In this document: piece by piece, positions 1-8,993 of the stretch
Layout of the letters: the number at the start of each line of letters is the position of its first letter
Numbering within the stretch: position 1 is the first letter of the stretch
IMG/VR virus record: IMGVR_UViG_3300046171_000271
Length of the DNA: 64,000 nt
From: a virus
Taxonomy: Duplodnaviria; Caudoviricetes
Direction: 5' to 3' (one strand)
Position numbers and translations under genes: made by a program
The notes under the pieces: model-generated
The model's database searches: none
What the model saw: only the letters and a program-made list of their open reading frames with translations
What the model was told of the DNA's origin: nothing

Positions 1-85
1 TGCCAGAACTTAATGTTGGTATTACAATGTTTTTTGACAAGGAAAAATCATTCTTGTATAAATCAGAGAAGGAGTATCTATCTAA

Positions 86-730
86 ATGAAAATTTTTCTT
101 GATACTGCGGACACAGATGTGATCGCAAAGTATTTTTCTACGGGGTTAGTAGATGGTGTAACTACTAATCCAACTCTTATTATGAAGAGTGGTAAAAATC
201 CAGAGGATGTTTACCAAACAATCAAGGACATGGGTGTCAAAGACATCAGTATGGAAGTCGTTGGTTCTGATCTTGAAATGTATGATGAGGGCAAACGTCT
301 TTATGAGAAGTTTGGTGATGTATGTACTGTGAAGGTTCCTTGCACACGCGAGGGTTTATCCGTCTGTAAAGCACTTTCTGATCAAGGTGTCAAGGTTAAT
401 GTCACATTGATCTTCTGTGCGGCACAGGGCGTTCTGGCTGCCAAAGCGGGTGCCGCTTATGTTTCGCCATTTGTAGGACGCTTGGATGATCAGTCAGTTG
501 CGGGACTTGAAGTTGTTCGTTCTATTTCTGAGTTGTATCGCATTCATGGAATGAAGACTCAGGTTCTTTCTGCGTCTATTCGTAGTGTTCAAAGAGCAAT
601 CCGTTCATGGTATAATGGTGCTGAGATTTGCACAATGCCACCAAAGGTATTTGATCAAATGTATGATCACATTCTCACTGACAAAGGTTTAGAAATTTTC
701 GATAAAGATTGGGAGTCTGTTAAAAAATGA
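86..730 (+). CDS. talC: Phage transaldolase (TalC/FSA family), auxiliary metabolic gene
   Basis: 214 aa; MKIFLDTAD, GVTTNPTLI, catalytic Lys in TVKVP, VNVTLIF, YVSPFVGRLDD, VLSASIR. Confidence 0.97.
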   Translation: MKIFLDTADTDVIAKYFSTGLVDGVTTNPTLIMKSGKNPEDVYQTIKDMGVKDISMEVVGSDLEMYDEGKRLYEKFGDVCTVKVPCTREGLSVCKALSDQGVKVNVTLIFCAAQGVLAAKAGAAYVSPFVGRLDDQSVAGLEVVRSISELYRIHGMKTQVLSASIRSVQRAIRSWYNGAEICTMPPKVFDQMYDHILTDKGLEIFDKDWESVKK

Positions 731-966
731 GAAGTTTTTCAGTTTACACAAAGATTGGTTGCCCATATTGTACTAAAGTAATTGCTGCTCTTGGACTTGC
801 AGAGCAACAATTTGTAGAGTATAAATTGGGAAGAGATTTTACAAAAACAGAATTTTATGAAAAGTTTGGTGTGGGATCAACCTTTCCCCGTGTTGTATTA
901 AATGATGAATTGATTGGAGGATGTCAAGAAACTGTAAAGTACCTAAGAGAAAACAATTTGGTTTAA
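727..966 (+). CDS. grx: Glutaredoxin
   Basis: 79 aa; CPYC active site, TFPRV and IGGC motifs. Confidence 0.9.
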   Translation: MRSFSVYTKIGCPYCTKVIAALGLAEQQFVEYKLGRDFTKTEFYEKFGVGSTFPRVVLNDELIGGCQETVKYLRENNLV

Positions 967-1319
967 TGGATCAAGAAGTCTACGGAATCGTTGAACAGTC
1001 GATTGATGATGCTTTTATGCAACAAAAATTTAGATTGAATTTCTATGATTATCTTAGAGTAATTGATGCGAAAAGAAAAGACGCTGACGAATTTATTGCC
1101 AGTAGCACCTTCAAAGAAATAAATGATCTAATCATTGAATTGGATGAATATTTAAAAGGAGGACAGGACAATGAACACAAGCAATTACGTGAAGCTTATG
1201 GACATATTCCTAAACCTCAAGCAAGAAAAATCAAACAATTTTTAGAGGGTATCCTTAAAGACGCCGAGAGGTATAGTTATGATAGAAGGCCAGGACGGAG
1301 AACCAAACGCTCTAAATAA
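966..1319 (+). CDS. Conserved cyanophage hypothetical protein
   Basis: Intact ORF; ATG overlaps grx stop (TAATG). Confidence 0.7.
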   Translation: MDQEVYGIVEQSIDDAFMQQKFRLNFYDYLRVIDAKRKDADEFIASSTFKEINDLIIELDEYLKGGQDNEHKQLREAYGHIPKPQARKIKQFLEGILKDAERYSYDRRPGRRTKRSK

Positions 1320-1482
1320 ATCAGAACCCCATCTTAATCGAGGGGTAGAGTTATTACTTAGAAATAGGAGGAGAGCAGAACCGCCCAAAACTTTCCAGGT
1401 AAGGTTTGGAAATATGGTTTCTCTCTTCAAGAGAGACTTTGTTTTCCACTTCAATTTTTATTTGGACATTAGGAAAAGATAG
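1279..1482 (+). CDS. Small hypothetical protein
   Basis: 67-aa ORF in co-directional gene run; start uncertain. Confidence 0.55.
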   Translation: MIEGQDGEPNALNKSEPHLNRGVELLLRNRRRAEPPKTFQVRFGNMVSLFKRDFVFHFNFYLDIRKR

Positions 1483-1501
1483 ACTCTAGGAGGACGGGAA
1501 A

Positions 1502-1726
1502 ATGTTAGCAGTAACATTAACGATCGGAACATTGGTATCAATCATGTTCTTTTTTGTTGGAGGTATGGTAGGATGGTTAGCGAAAGAACATGTTTACGCT
1601 ACACAACCAGTGTATACACATCCCGAAATGTTTGATGAAAATGGGAATATTCTTCCCGATGAAATAGTAGCAGTACGATTTGAAAACGATTATGGCGACT
1701 ACGACGAAGACGAAGAAGAAGGTTGA
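1502..1726 (+). CDS. Small membrane protein, hypothetical
   Basis: N-terminal hydrophobic helix, acidic C-terminus. Confidence 0.7.
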   Translation: MLAVTLTIGTLVSIMFFFVGGMVGWLAKEHVYATQPVYTHPEMFDENGNILPDEIVAVRFENDYGDYDEDEEEG

Positions 1727-2246
1727 ACTTCCACCCAATCCTTTTCTTTTTGAAATTTTAGAACTTGCAAGTAAGCAACGTGCTAAGGCAAAGAAAGTTG
1801 AAGTTCTTCAGCAATATGAAACTGATGCTCTCAAAACTATCTTGATTTGGAACTTTGATGAGACTGTCATTAGTTTAGTTCCAGAAGGTGAAGTGCCATA
1901 TGCAGATGGTAACGATCAATCTGTTTATTCTGGAACTCTATCTGAAAATCTAGCACGGGAAGCAAGAGGTGGAGAGTCTGCAACTGGACAAGATTTAGAC
2001 GGCAGAGGTAAGACTTCACTGCGTAGAGAATATAAAAATCTTTATAACTTTGTGAAAGGTGGTAATGATTCTCTCAGCAATATTCGTAGAGAAATGATGT
2101 TTATCAACCTTCTTCGCGGTTTGCATCCACTGGAAGCTGAGGTTCTTTGTTTGGTAAAGGACAAAAAACTTGCAGATAAGTACAAAATCACTTATGATGT
2201 AGTCAAACAGGCATATCCTGACATTCAGTGGGGTGGACGCAGTTGA
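1680..2246 (+). CDS. Conserved T4-like cyanophage hypothetical protein
   Basis: 188-aa ORF; true start may be 1692. Confidence 0.7.
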   Translation: MKTIMATTTKTKKKVELPPNPFLFEILELASKQRAKAKKVEVLQQYETDALKTILIWNFDETVISLVPEGEVPYADGNDQSVYSGTLSENLAREARGGESATGQDLDGRGKTSLRREYKNLYNFVKGGNDSLSNIRREMMFINLLRGLHPLEAEVLCLVKDKKLADKYKITYDVVKQAYPDIQWGGRS

Positions 2247-2497
2247 AGATTATTAAAGAAGATTGTGATCCTAATGTTGATAACAAAACGGATCTTCCTA
2301 ATAATTGCTATCTTGTAACATACAAGATTGATGATGTAGAGCACTATGATTTAGTATCTGCAGCAAAACAATCAAAAATTTTTGATGCTTACTACGATAA
2401 GTATAAAAGTGATTTCGTAACCATGGTGCAGTCTGAAGGTAGGATCAATCCCAAACTTTGGGGTAATCCTCCTCCAAAAGATAAAAAGAAAAAGTAA
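2228..2497 (+). CDS. Hypothetical protein
   Basis: 89-aa ORF overlapping neighbours. Confidence 0.65.
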   Translation: MGWTQLKIIKEDCDPNVDNKTDLPNNCYLVTYKIDDVEHYDLVSAAKQSKIFDAYYDKYKSDFVTMVQSEGRINPKLWGNPPPKDKKKK

Positions 2498-2712
2498 TGA
2501 GTGGATTCAAAGGATTCATCAATAATCCAGATAAAGACGGAAACGTTAGGTTTGAAATAGATACTGATGAAGTTAGAAAACTTATCAAAAAATACAAAAA
2601 ATTAAAGAAATTTCAAAAATCAAATATCGCTGAATTGTCTAAACTTTCTGGTGTTGAAACAGAGGTTGATCGCTTGATTAACGAAATATGGCATCGACCT
2701 CAGAAGCACTAG
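2497..2712 (+). CDS. Hypothetical protein
   Basis: 71-aa ORF, TAATG coupling; C-terminus may be frameshifted. Confidence 0.6.
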   Translation: MSGFKGFINNPDKDGNVRFEIDTDEVRKLIKKYKKLKKFQKSNIAELSKLSGVETEVDRLINEIWHRPQKH

Positions 2713-2716
2713 AATA

Positions 2717-3044
2717 ATGGGTAAGCATTACCTTCTTAATCTTTATGGATGTGACTTTTATGTTCTCAATAATGAAATATATTTGAGAAACCTTATCAAA
2801 CTTGCTGCAGAAACATCTGGAGCAACAGTGCTTGAAACGATTTCAAATAATTTTGCTCCTCATGGGAGTGACTGCAATCTGTCTTCTTGCTGAAAGTCAT
2901 ATTAGTATTCATACTTGGCCTGAAAAGGGCGAAGCAGCTGTGGATATTTTTACTTGTGGTGATGCAGAACCTAAGATTGGTTGTGATATAATTACTTTAC
3001 AAATCAAACCAAAAAATCACACTCTTAGTTTCATCGAGCGATAA
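2717..3044 (+). CDS. speD: S-adenosylmethionine decarboxylase proenzyme (frameshifted as read)
   Basis: MGKHYLLNLYGC from ATG 2717 joins, after a frameshift near 2860, GVTAICLLAESHISIHTWPE...DIFTCG (pyruvoyl cleavage motif ES-H). Confidence 0.9.
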
Positions 3045-3057
3045 TAAATATCCGTAT

Positions 3058-3264
3058 ATGATCTTTATTATGAATTACAAACCTTACAGTCCTGAGTGGC
3101 ATAGATATCGCTACCTCAAGGAAGCAGTCTATCAGTATCTTGATGATTACGTGGAAAATGAAGTAATCGTGAAAGATATTTTAAGCATTGTGTGTGAGCG
3201 TCAAGAACGAGCACATGCAGAATATCACAAATTAGAAGACTTAGAACTAAAACTCAGAGACTAA
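3058..3264 (+). CDS. Hypothetical protein
   Basis: 68-aa ORF preceded by ATAAATA late-promoter-like box. Confidence 0.65.
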   Translation: MIFIMNYKPYSPEWHRYRYLKEAVYQYLDDYVENEVIVKDILSIVCERQERAHAEYHKLEDLELKLRD

Positions 3265-3265
3265 T

Positions 3266-3585
3266 ATGTTATCTACCGCATACCGTCTTCGTCTGGAGTC
3301 TATCTGTCGTTGCATTGCCAACAAAGAAGACGTTCCACTAGGAGGATATGATTTGGGCAGAAAAACTTGCCAAGGCACATACCCTTGCTAGGGATTGGTT
3401 GAATAAAAGCACGTCGTCAAGCTGCTCATGATATAGAGGAGGGAAGTGTTGATGATTTTATGAATAGGATGGGGTTAGGTGATCCCGATCCCATCCAATT
3501 ATAAAACGGGATTCGATGGTGCAGATGAAATTGTAGACTGGTTTAAAACAAGGACAAACCTGATGATTGGAGGCAACGTGACTAA
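3266..3585 (+). CDS. Conserved cyanophage hypothetical protein (frameshifted as read)
   Basis: MLSTAYRLRLESICRCIANK...DFMNRMGLGDPDP...DEIVDWF...DDWRQRD reconstructed across frames. Confidence 0.55.
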
Positions 3586-3908
3586 CATTATTACTAAAAA
3601 TGGACATTACACTTTCTAGTGAAGAAGCAGAACTTCTATTAAACTTGATGATCAATTCGCATATGGATGATAAAGATGATACTTTCCTTGAATATGATTG
3701 TTTTGGAGAGTTAATGAATAAACTTCTGAAGACATGTAGAAAATTTGATGAGGAGAAAGGTGACTGAAGAAGAAAGAAAATTTATCATAAATCTACAACT
3801 AAATAATATTTGTGAAATATTAGATGGGAAACTTAACCATCAACAGGTTATAGACTCTAAAGGTAAATGCTTCAAGAAGAATTATAATCGAATATCAGGA
3901 GAAAAGTA

Positions 3909-4170
3909 ATGCAGGCCTGGATCTACAGTAACGGAAACCAAGAATGTGAAAGAGCTGCTATGCTTTTAAAAAGTATCCATAATTGATTTTCATGAATATC
4001 TTTTAGATAAAGATTTTACAGAGTCTCAGTTCAAAGCAGAATTTGGTGAAAGTGCAGAATATCCACAAATTGCTATTGGTGTAAAGCATCGCGGTAGTCT
4101 CAAAGAACTTTGAATTATCTAAACAAAATAAATTACAAATGTTCATGTTGATACCAACACATTTGACTAA
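3909..4170 (+). CDS. Glutaredoxin-like protein (frameshifted as read)
   Basis: MQAWIYSNGNQECERAAMLL...FKAEFGESAEYPQIAIG; end approximate. Confidence 0.5.
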
Positions 4171-4173
4171 ATA
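4167..4173 (+). promoter_or_regulatory. T4-type late promoter-like box upstream of riboswitch locus
   Basis: CTAAATA, variant of TATAAATA. Confidence 0.4.
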
Positions 4174-4199
4174 GAATTGAAAGTGTATCCTACACTTGT

Positions 4200-4448
4200 C
4201 GTTCATCTCATGCTCAGTATCCTTACTGGCATTGACCCTTGCCTCATCATAATGACGCGTCACTCCTTACGGGTGGCACATGTCTTGTGAAAGGTTCTCT
4301 ACAGACGATCGAGTTGAAATTCCAATGCAGATCCCAATCTCGAGCGCTTCGGTCTAAGTATGAATCTGATAGGTTACCTTAGAGTCGAAAGTTGACGGGC
4401 GAATGTGAAGGGAGCATTCACATGAGACGCAAGTAAGTCGCGGAACGG
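4200..4448 (+). ncRNA. Glutamine riboswitch-like unit 1 with ~210-nt insert in P2 loop
   Basis: P1 CGTTC (4200) / GAACG (4443-4447); P2 CTCATG (4207) / CATGAG (4421); 3' core ACGCAAGTAAGTCGCGGAACG. Confidence 0.6.
4210..4425 (+). CDS. Small protein nested in riboswitch unit 1 (several indels as read)
   Basis: ATG in 5' P2 strand, TGA in 3' P2 strand; fragments HHNDAS, PYGWHMSCERF, DPNL, LIGYL, GECE in shifting frames. Confidence 0.4.
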
Positions 4449-4450
4449 AG

Positions 4451-4630
4451 CGTTCATCCCGTGTTTGAATTTTTACTTTACTCTGGTATTCATTGCACCG
4501 ATGCTAAGGATATGATCCGACGTATCGAAGCAAGTAACAGTGTAAGTAAAATTACTAAGGCTGAGGTTGTTGAGACCGTAAAGGAAGCAACACCTGAGTG
4601 CAAATGGGACGCAAACGACTGAAGGAACGG
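4451..4630 (+). ncRNA. Glutamine riboswitch (Downstream-peptide/glutamine-II type) unit 2 with ~145-nt insert
   Basis: 5' CGTTCATCCC and 3' GGGACGCAAACGACTGAAGGAACGG match the motif as I recall it; lies upstream of a DUF4278-type gene. Confidence 0.75.
4461..4622 (+). CDS. 53-aa protein nested in riboswitch unit 2
   Basis: Intact GTG..TGA ORF MFEFLLYSGIHCTDAKDMIRRIE...TVKEATPECKWDAND; last codons are the aptamer core. Confidence 0.7.
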   Translation: MFEFLLYSGIHCTDAKDMIRRIEASNSVSKITKAEVVETVKEATPECKWDAND

Positions 4631-4663
4631 ACCTAAAAATCCAACTACTTCAGGAGAAAACCA

Positions 4664-4828
4664 ATGAACACACTTACTATCATCAAAAAGCAAATCAACA
4701 AGGCAGCAGCTCTGCATGACGCACAGATTACTCACACCGCATATCGTGGTGTAAAGTCTGAAGTTCGTAAGGTAGGACAGGAGTCTCACGGCACCTTCTG
4801 CTACCGTGGTCGTATCTATACCAAGTAA
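4664..4828 (+). CDS. DUF4278-like small protein
   Basis: 54 aa with AYRGV and CYRGR motifs, SD AGGAG, directly downstream of riboswitch. Confidence 0.75.
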   Translation: MNTLTIIKKQINKAAALHDAQITHTAYRGVKSEVRKVGQESHGTFCYRGRIYTK

Positions 4829-4834
4829 GGAACT

Positions 4835-4930
4835 ATGGAAGCACTACAGTTAACTGGGCTCTTATCCTTAGGTTGTTTTGTTGCTATATCGGTATTTTAC
4901 GGTGAACTCGTCCTTCTTTACAAACACTGA
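4835..4930 (+). CDS. 31-aa hydrophobic peptide
   Basis: MEALQLTGLLSLGCFVAISVFYGELVLLYKH, SD-like AAGGA. Confidence 0.5.
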   Translation: MEALQLTGLLSLGCFVAISVFYGELVLLYKH

Positions 4931-4941
4931 GGGAAAAACAA

Positions 4942-5100
4942 ATGCTGAAGATCAAACTTTATTATGATCTTCCAGAATATAATCCAGAAGTTCACGATCC
5001 TGATAGGGTTTTCAGACTTCTAACATATCGTGGAGTAACTTATGCTAAGTGGATTAATTTAAAATCTCTAGGCATATCAAACTGGAAAGTATTTAAATGA
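4942..5100 (+). CDS. Second DUF4278-like small protein
   Basis: 52 aa with LTYRGVTY motif, SD GAGG. Confidence 0.6.
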   Translation: MLKIKLYYDLPEYNPEVHDPDRVFRLLTYRGVTYAKWINLKSLGISNWKVFK

Positions 5101-5124
5101 GGACCTTGACGGGTCCTCTTTTTT
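5099..5124 (+). terminator. Rho-independent terminator closing the riboswitch operon
   Basis: GAGGACC-TTGACG-GGTCCTC hairpin followed by T-run. Confidence 0.75.
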
Positions 5125-5137
5125 TGTCTATAATTAG

Positions 5138-5341
5138 TTGAAACTATACTATCTTATGGAAAGAGACAAACTTAAATTGATAGTACGGAATCTAAAACTT
5201 CTTGTTGAAGCATTGGAGTCTGAAGTTTATTCGGATATTGATGCTTATACAACACGGCAAGAGAATTATGATGATCCTGCTGCAAATTACATAACTGATT
5301 ACGACGAAGTATTTAATGACGATGATGGATACCCAGACTGA
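5138..5341 (+). CDS. Hypothetical protein
   Basis: 67-aa ORF; TTGACG..TATAAT upstream. Confidence 0.65.
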   Translation: MKLYYLMERDKLKLIVRNLKLLVEALESEVYSDIDAYTTRQENYDDPAANYITDYDEVFNDDDGYPD

Positions 5342-5973
5342 TTAGTAAAACTTATCTCTGTTACTCCTGATGCAGAGAAGCACATGGCCTATTGTGCTCG
5401 CGTAAGTAATCCAAACAATCAGGAGAATGAAAAGTTTGCAGGTCTCCTCAGATATTGTATCAAGCATCAACATTGGAGCATCTTTGAGCAGGCAACAATG
5501 ACTCTAGAGTTGAATACTACAAGGGGAATTGCGGCCCAAGTGCTTCGGCATAGGTCTTTCACATATCAAGAATTTTCACAACGTTATGCTGATTCCTCCT
5601 TATTGGGTGAGACGATCCCGCTCCCCGAACTCCGCCGCCAAGACACCAAGAATCGTCAGAATTCTATTGATGATGTTGACCCGTTTGTTCGTCAAGAGTT
5701 CCAGATTAAAATTACGAAGCACTTTGAAGAAGGTATGAAACTTTATCAGCAGATGCTTGATGCTAACATCGCAAAGGAATGTGCCCGCTTTGTTCTCCCC
5801 CTTGCCGTCCCACCAGACTTTACATGACGGGTTCTAGTCGTCATGGATCCATTATATCGATTTGCGCTCTGCAAACGGCACACAGAAGGAGCACATGGAC
5901 ATTGCTAAGGATGCTAAGACAGTATCTTCTGTGAACAGTTCCCTGCTGTTGCAGAAGCCATTGAGTGGGTTAA
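5325..5973 (+). CDS. thyX: FAD-dependent thymidylate synthase (frameshifted at both ends as read)
   Basis: VKLISVTPDAEK, YCARVSN, HQHWSIFE, QVLRHRSFTYQEFSQRY, KECARFVLP; ends approximate. Confidence 0.93.
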
Positions 5974-5996
5974 TAAATATTCATCTAAGTTAATTT

Positions 5997-6241
5997 ATGG
6001 CAACATATCCTGTTATTAATAAAGAAACTGGTGAGCAAAAAGAAGTAAACTAGTGTACATGAATGGACTCAGTGGTGTAAGACAATCCTGAATGGGAAAG
6101 AGACTGGAGTGATCCAGCTACCGCATCCTGCTTGTGGTGAAATTGGTGAAGTGTACGATAAACTCGAAAAAGACATCCTGGATGGAATGATGTCCTGTCA
6201 TAGTGCATCAAGTCCCGGTTCTTCAGTAAGAACTCTTAATT
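5997..6241 (+). CDS. Conserved cyanophage hypothetical protein (multiple frameshifts as read)
   Basis: MATYPVINKETGEQKEV...NPEWERDWSDP...GWNDVL fragments. Confidence 0.45.
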
Positions 6242-6996
6242 ATGCCAGCAAAAAGAAAAAGCGATCAACCAGTTGGATGTCGGTTTAACCGCAAAGCAAA
6301 TGAAGCGTCGTAAACCAATCAATAGTGAATTAATGAGGAGTATTGATCCTCTCACCGACAATCAACAAAAACTTTTTGATGCATATTCTGACAATAAAAA
6401 CTTAGTTGCATATGGTGCGGCCGGAACAGGTAAAACATTCATCACCCTTTATAACGCACTTAGAGAAGTTCTTGATGAAAGATCTCCATATGATAAAATT
6501 TACATAGTCAGATCATTAGTAGCAACTAGAGAAATTGGATTTTTACCTGGAGATCATGAGGATAAATCTGATATTTACCAGATCCCATATAAGAATATGG
6601 TAAAGTATATGTTCTCTCTTCCTTCAGAGACAGATTTTGAAATGCTTTACGGCAACCTTAAAACACAGGGAACAATCAGTTTTTGGAGCACCTCATTTAT
6701 TAGAGGAACAACTTTAGATAGAGCGATCATTATTGTTGATGAATATCAAAACTTGAATTTTCATGAACTTGATAGTATTATTACAAGTGTGGGTGAGAGT
6801 AGTAAAATTATGTTCTGCGGTGATGCTCGTCAGTCTGACTTGAATAAGGCAAATGAAAGGAAATGGTATTGTAGACTTTCTTTCTATTCTTAGGACTATG
6901 GACTCCTTTGAATGTATTGAATTTGGTATTGAAGATGTTGTAAGATCTGGTCTAGTTAAAGAGTATCTCACCGCAAAAATGGAACTTAATCTGTAA
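6242..6996 (+). CDS. phoH: PhoH-family ATPase (frameshifted as read)
   Basis: GAAGTGKT, IVRS, IGFLPG, FIRGTT, IIVDEYQNL, CGDARQSDL; C-terminal EDVVRSGLVKEY in another frame. Confidence 0.93.
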
Positions 6997-7001
6997 TCAT
7001 T

Positions 7002-7687
7002 ATGAAATTTAATTATGTAAATCATCTCGGTGATCTTGAACTTGAAGCCAAAGCATACTGGTGACATCCGTCTCTATAATCTCCCAAATGGAGAGTGGGT
7101 GCCATCTATTACTTCTGTAACTTCATTTTATAACCGTGAGATTTTTACGAAGTGGCGTAAGAGAGTTGGTATTGAAGAAGCAAATCGTATTACTAAAAGA
7201 GCAACTAGTCGTGGGACAGACTTTCATGAAGGCTGTAGAAGTTTACATGAAGAATGATGAGATTGATTGGAATAAATTTAAACCTCTCACCAAGTTTATG
7301 TTTCATCATGCCAAACCATATCTTGATAAGATAAATAATGTACATGCCATAGAAAGAACTCTATATTCAGAGTACCTTGGGTTAGCTGGTAGAGTTGACT
7401 GTATCGGAGAGTATGAAGGAGAACTCGCAGTCATAGATTTTAAAACATCTGAAAAGATTAAACCTGAAAAATGGTTAGAAAACTATTTTGTCCAAGAGAC
7501 ATTTTATGCATGTGCTTACTATGAGATGACTGGTATTCCAGTTAAAAAACTAATTACTCTCATGGTAACTCCAAGTGGTGAGGTAGAAGTATTTGACAAA
7601 AGGAACAAAAACGACTATATTAAACTTCTAGTTCGTTACATTAAAGAATTTGTACATCACAATACTAGGACAGAGAATGGAGAATGA
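7002..7687 (+). CDS. PD-(D/E)XK exonuclease, Cas4-like, conserved in T4-like cyanophages (frameshifted as read)
   Basis: PSITSVTS, RGTDFH, LAGRVDCI, VIDFKTS, YFVQETFYA. Confidence 0.85.
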
Positions 7688-7934
7688 ACTAGAAAAAGCA
7701 CTAGAAAAAAAATTCTTCTGCCCGTCAAAATTCGCGCAAGATATAGAAAAACTTGTACTTGAAAATCAAGACATGAGTTATATCGATGCAATTGTTCACT
7801 TCTGTGACATGAATTCAATTGATGTGGAGTCCGTACCTAAACTAATATCTAAACCTCTAAAAGAGAAGTTAAAGTACGAAGCAATGGAACTTAACTTTCT
7901 TAAGAGAACATCTCGTGCCAAGTTGCCCCTCTAA
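7677..7934 (+). CDS. gp33: Late transcription coactivator gp33
   Basis: FAQDIEKL, SYIDAIVHFC, KLISKPLKEKLKYEAMELNFL; adjacent to gp59. Confidence 0.88.
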   Translation: MENELEKALEKKFFCPSKFAQDIEKLVLENQDMSYIDAIVHFCDMNSIDVESVPKLISKPLKEKLKYEAMELNFLKRTSRAKLPL

Positions 7935-8007
7935 CCAAAATTAGCTTTTAATTTCAAAAAAGGGGTAAAAAAAATTTCGGCAAAATTTTCGTCTATAGGG
8001 TTTTTCA

Positions 8008-8607
8008 GTGATGCCGTTCGATGCATATAAATCATATCTCTCTTTGAAGAATCACTTCACTAAAGAGAAATATGATTATCATAAGTATTGTGGTAAAAGT
8101 CGTGCCACAGTAAAGTCTTTCTATAAACGTAAAGATCGCTTCTGGTTTGAGAAGTTAGCACGTAACAAATCAGACAAAGAAGTAATCGAATTTTTTGTAT
8201 CTAACTTTATTGATTGCACTGATCCTGCAAAACTTTGGATTGGTGAGATGATTCGAGAAGGTGAAGGTAGATACATGTCATGGAAGAAACGCACTCAATC
8301 TCTCTCTTATCTTTTTAAGGAAGAAACTAGTAAAGTATTCGTTGATAACAACATAGATTCAATGTTTGCCTTAGATGGATCAAAACATCCGCAAATTCTT
8401 AAAGAATATCTTAAAGGCAATATCTCTATTGAAACTATGGTAATCTTGGATCTTATCCTTGGTTATAAAAATAAATGGGACAATCAATTGACAGATCCGG
8501 TATGGACATCTGTTAGTTTAAAATTAAGAAAGTACACACCTTTTCTAAATATAGATGTATTTCGTTACAAAAAAATATTGAAAGAAGTAGTTTTAGGAGA
8601 AACATGA
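8008..8607 (+). CDS. gp59: Helicase loader gp59
   Basis: YLSLKNHFTKEKYDYHKY, FYKRKDRFWFEKL, ISIETMVIL; T4 synteny 33-59-32. Confidence 0.88.
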   Translation: MMPFDAYKSYLSLKNHFTKEKYDYHKYCGKSRATVKSFYKRKDRFWFEKLARNKSDKEVIEFFVSNFIDCTDPAKLWIGEMIREGEGRYMSWKKRTQSLSYLFKEETSKVFVDNNIDSMFALDGSKHPQILKEYLKGNISIETMVILDLILGYKNKWDNQLTDPVWTSVSLKLRKYTPFLNIDVFRYKKILKEVVLGET

Positions 8608-8948
8608 GTTTTTTTGAATCTGAAGTAGTCCGAGCAGAAATGACGGAAATTCAAGAACTTCAGGAAGAAGTTTATAGTAGTGTTTTCAAGTTTCCCTCTA
8701 TGAATATAGAGGAGAAAAAGTTTCATGTGTCTCTTTTGGAAAAATTACTGGATAAACAGAAAGTTCTCTATACGAGACTTAGTTTGTCCGATGATCCTGA
8801 AGCAAAGATGATGAAATCACGTATTGTAGAATCTGCTACAATGATGGGGCTTCCGAAAGACGTTGACATTAGTGTCGTATTTTCTAATATGGGAAATATG
8901 CTTGACGCCATGAAGAAGCAGATTGACATTCAGGGTTCAGACATGTAG
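8604..8948 (+). CDS. Conserved cyanophage protein (DUF1825-like)
   Basis: 114 aa; KLLDKQKVLYTRLSLSDDPEAK. Confidence 0.65.
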   Translation: MSFFESEVVRAEMTEIQELQEEVYSSVFKFPSMNIEEKKFHVSLLEKLLDKQKVLYTRLSLSDDPEAKMMKSRIVESATMMGLPKDVDISVVFSNMGNMLDAMKKQIDIQGSDM

Positions 8949-8951
8949 AAT
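8923..8951 (+). promoter_or_regulatory. Sigma70-type promoter of gp32
   Basis: TTGACA-N17-TAGAAT. Confidence 0.65.
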
Positions 8952-8993
8952 GACGAAGTACCCAAAAGCCAAATCTCACAAATACAAAAAACA

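Noticed and set aside
4003-4789. Minus-strand ORFs 4003-4263 and 4490-4789
   Set aside because: Overlap the riboswitch and small plus-strand genes, which have stronger motif support
6200-6242. Pho box upstream of phoH
   Set aside because: No convincing tandem direct repeat could be read, and the region is error-dense
7002-7687. Cas4-like nuclease as evidence of a CRISPR system
   Set aside because: No repeat-spacer array or other cas genes; such exonucleases are a standard part of T4-like cyanophage genomes next to phoH
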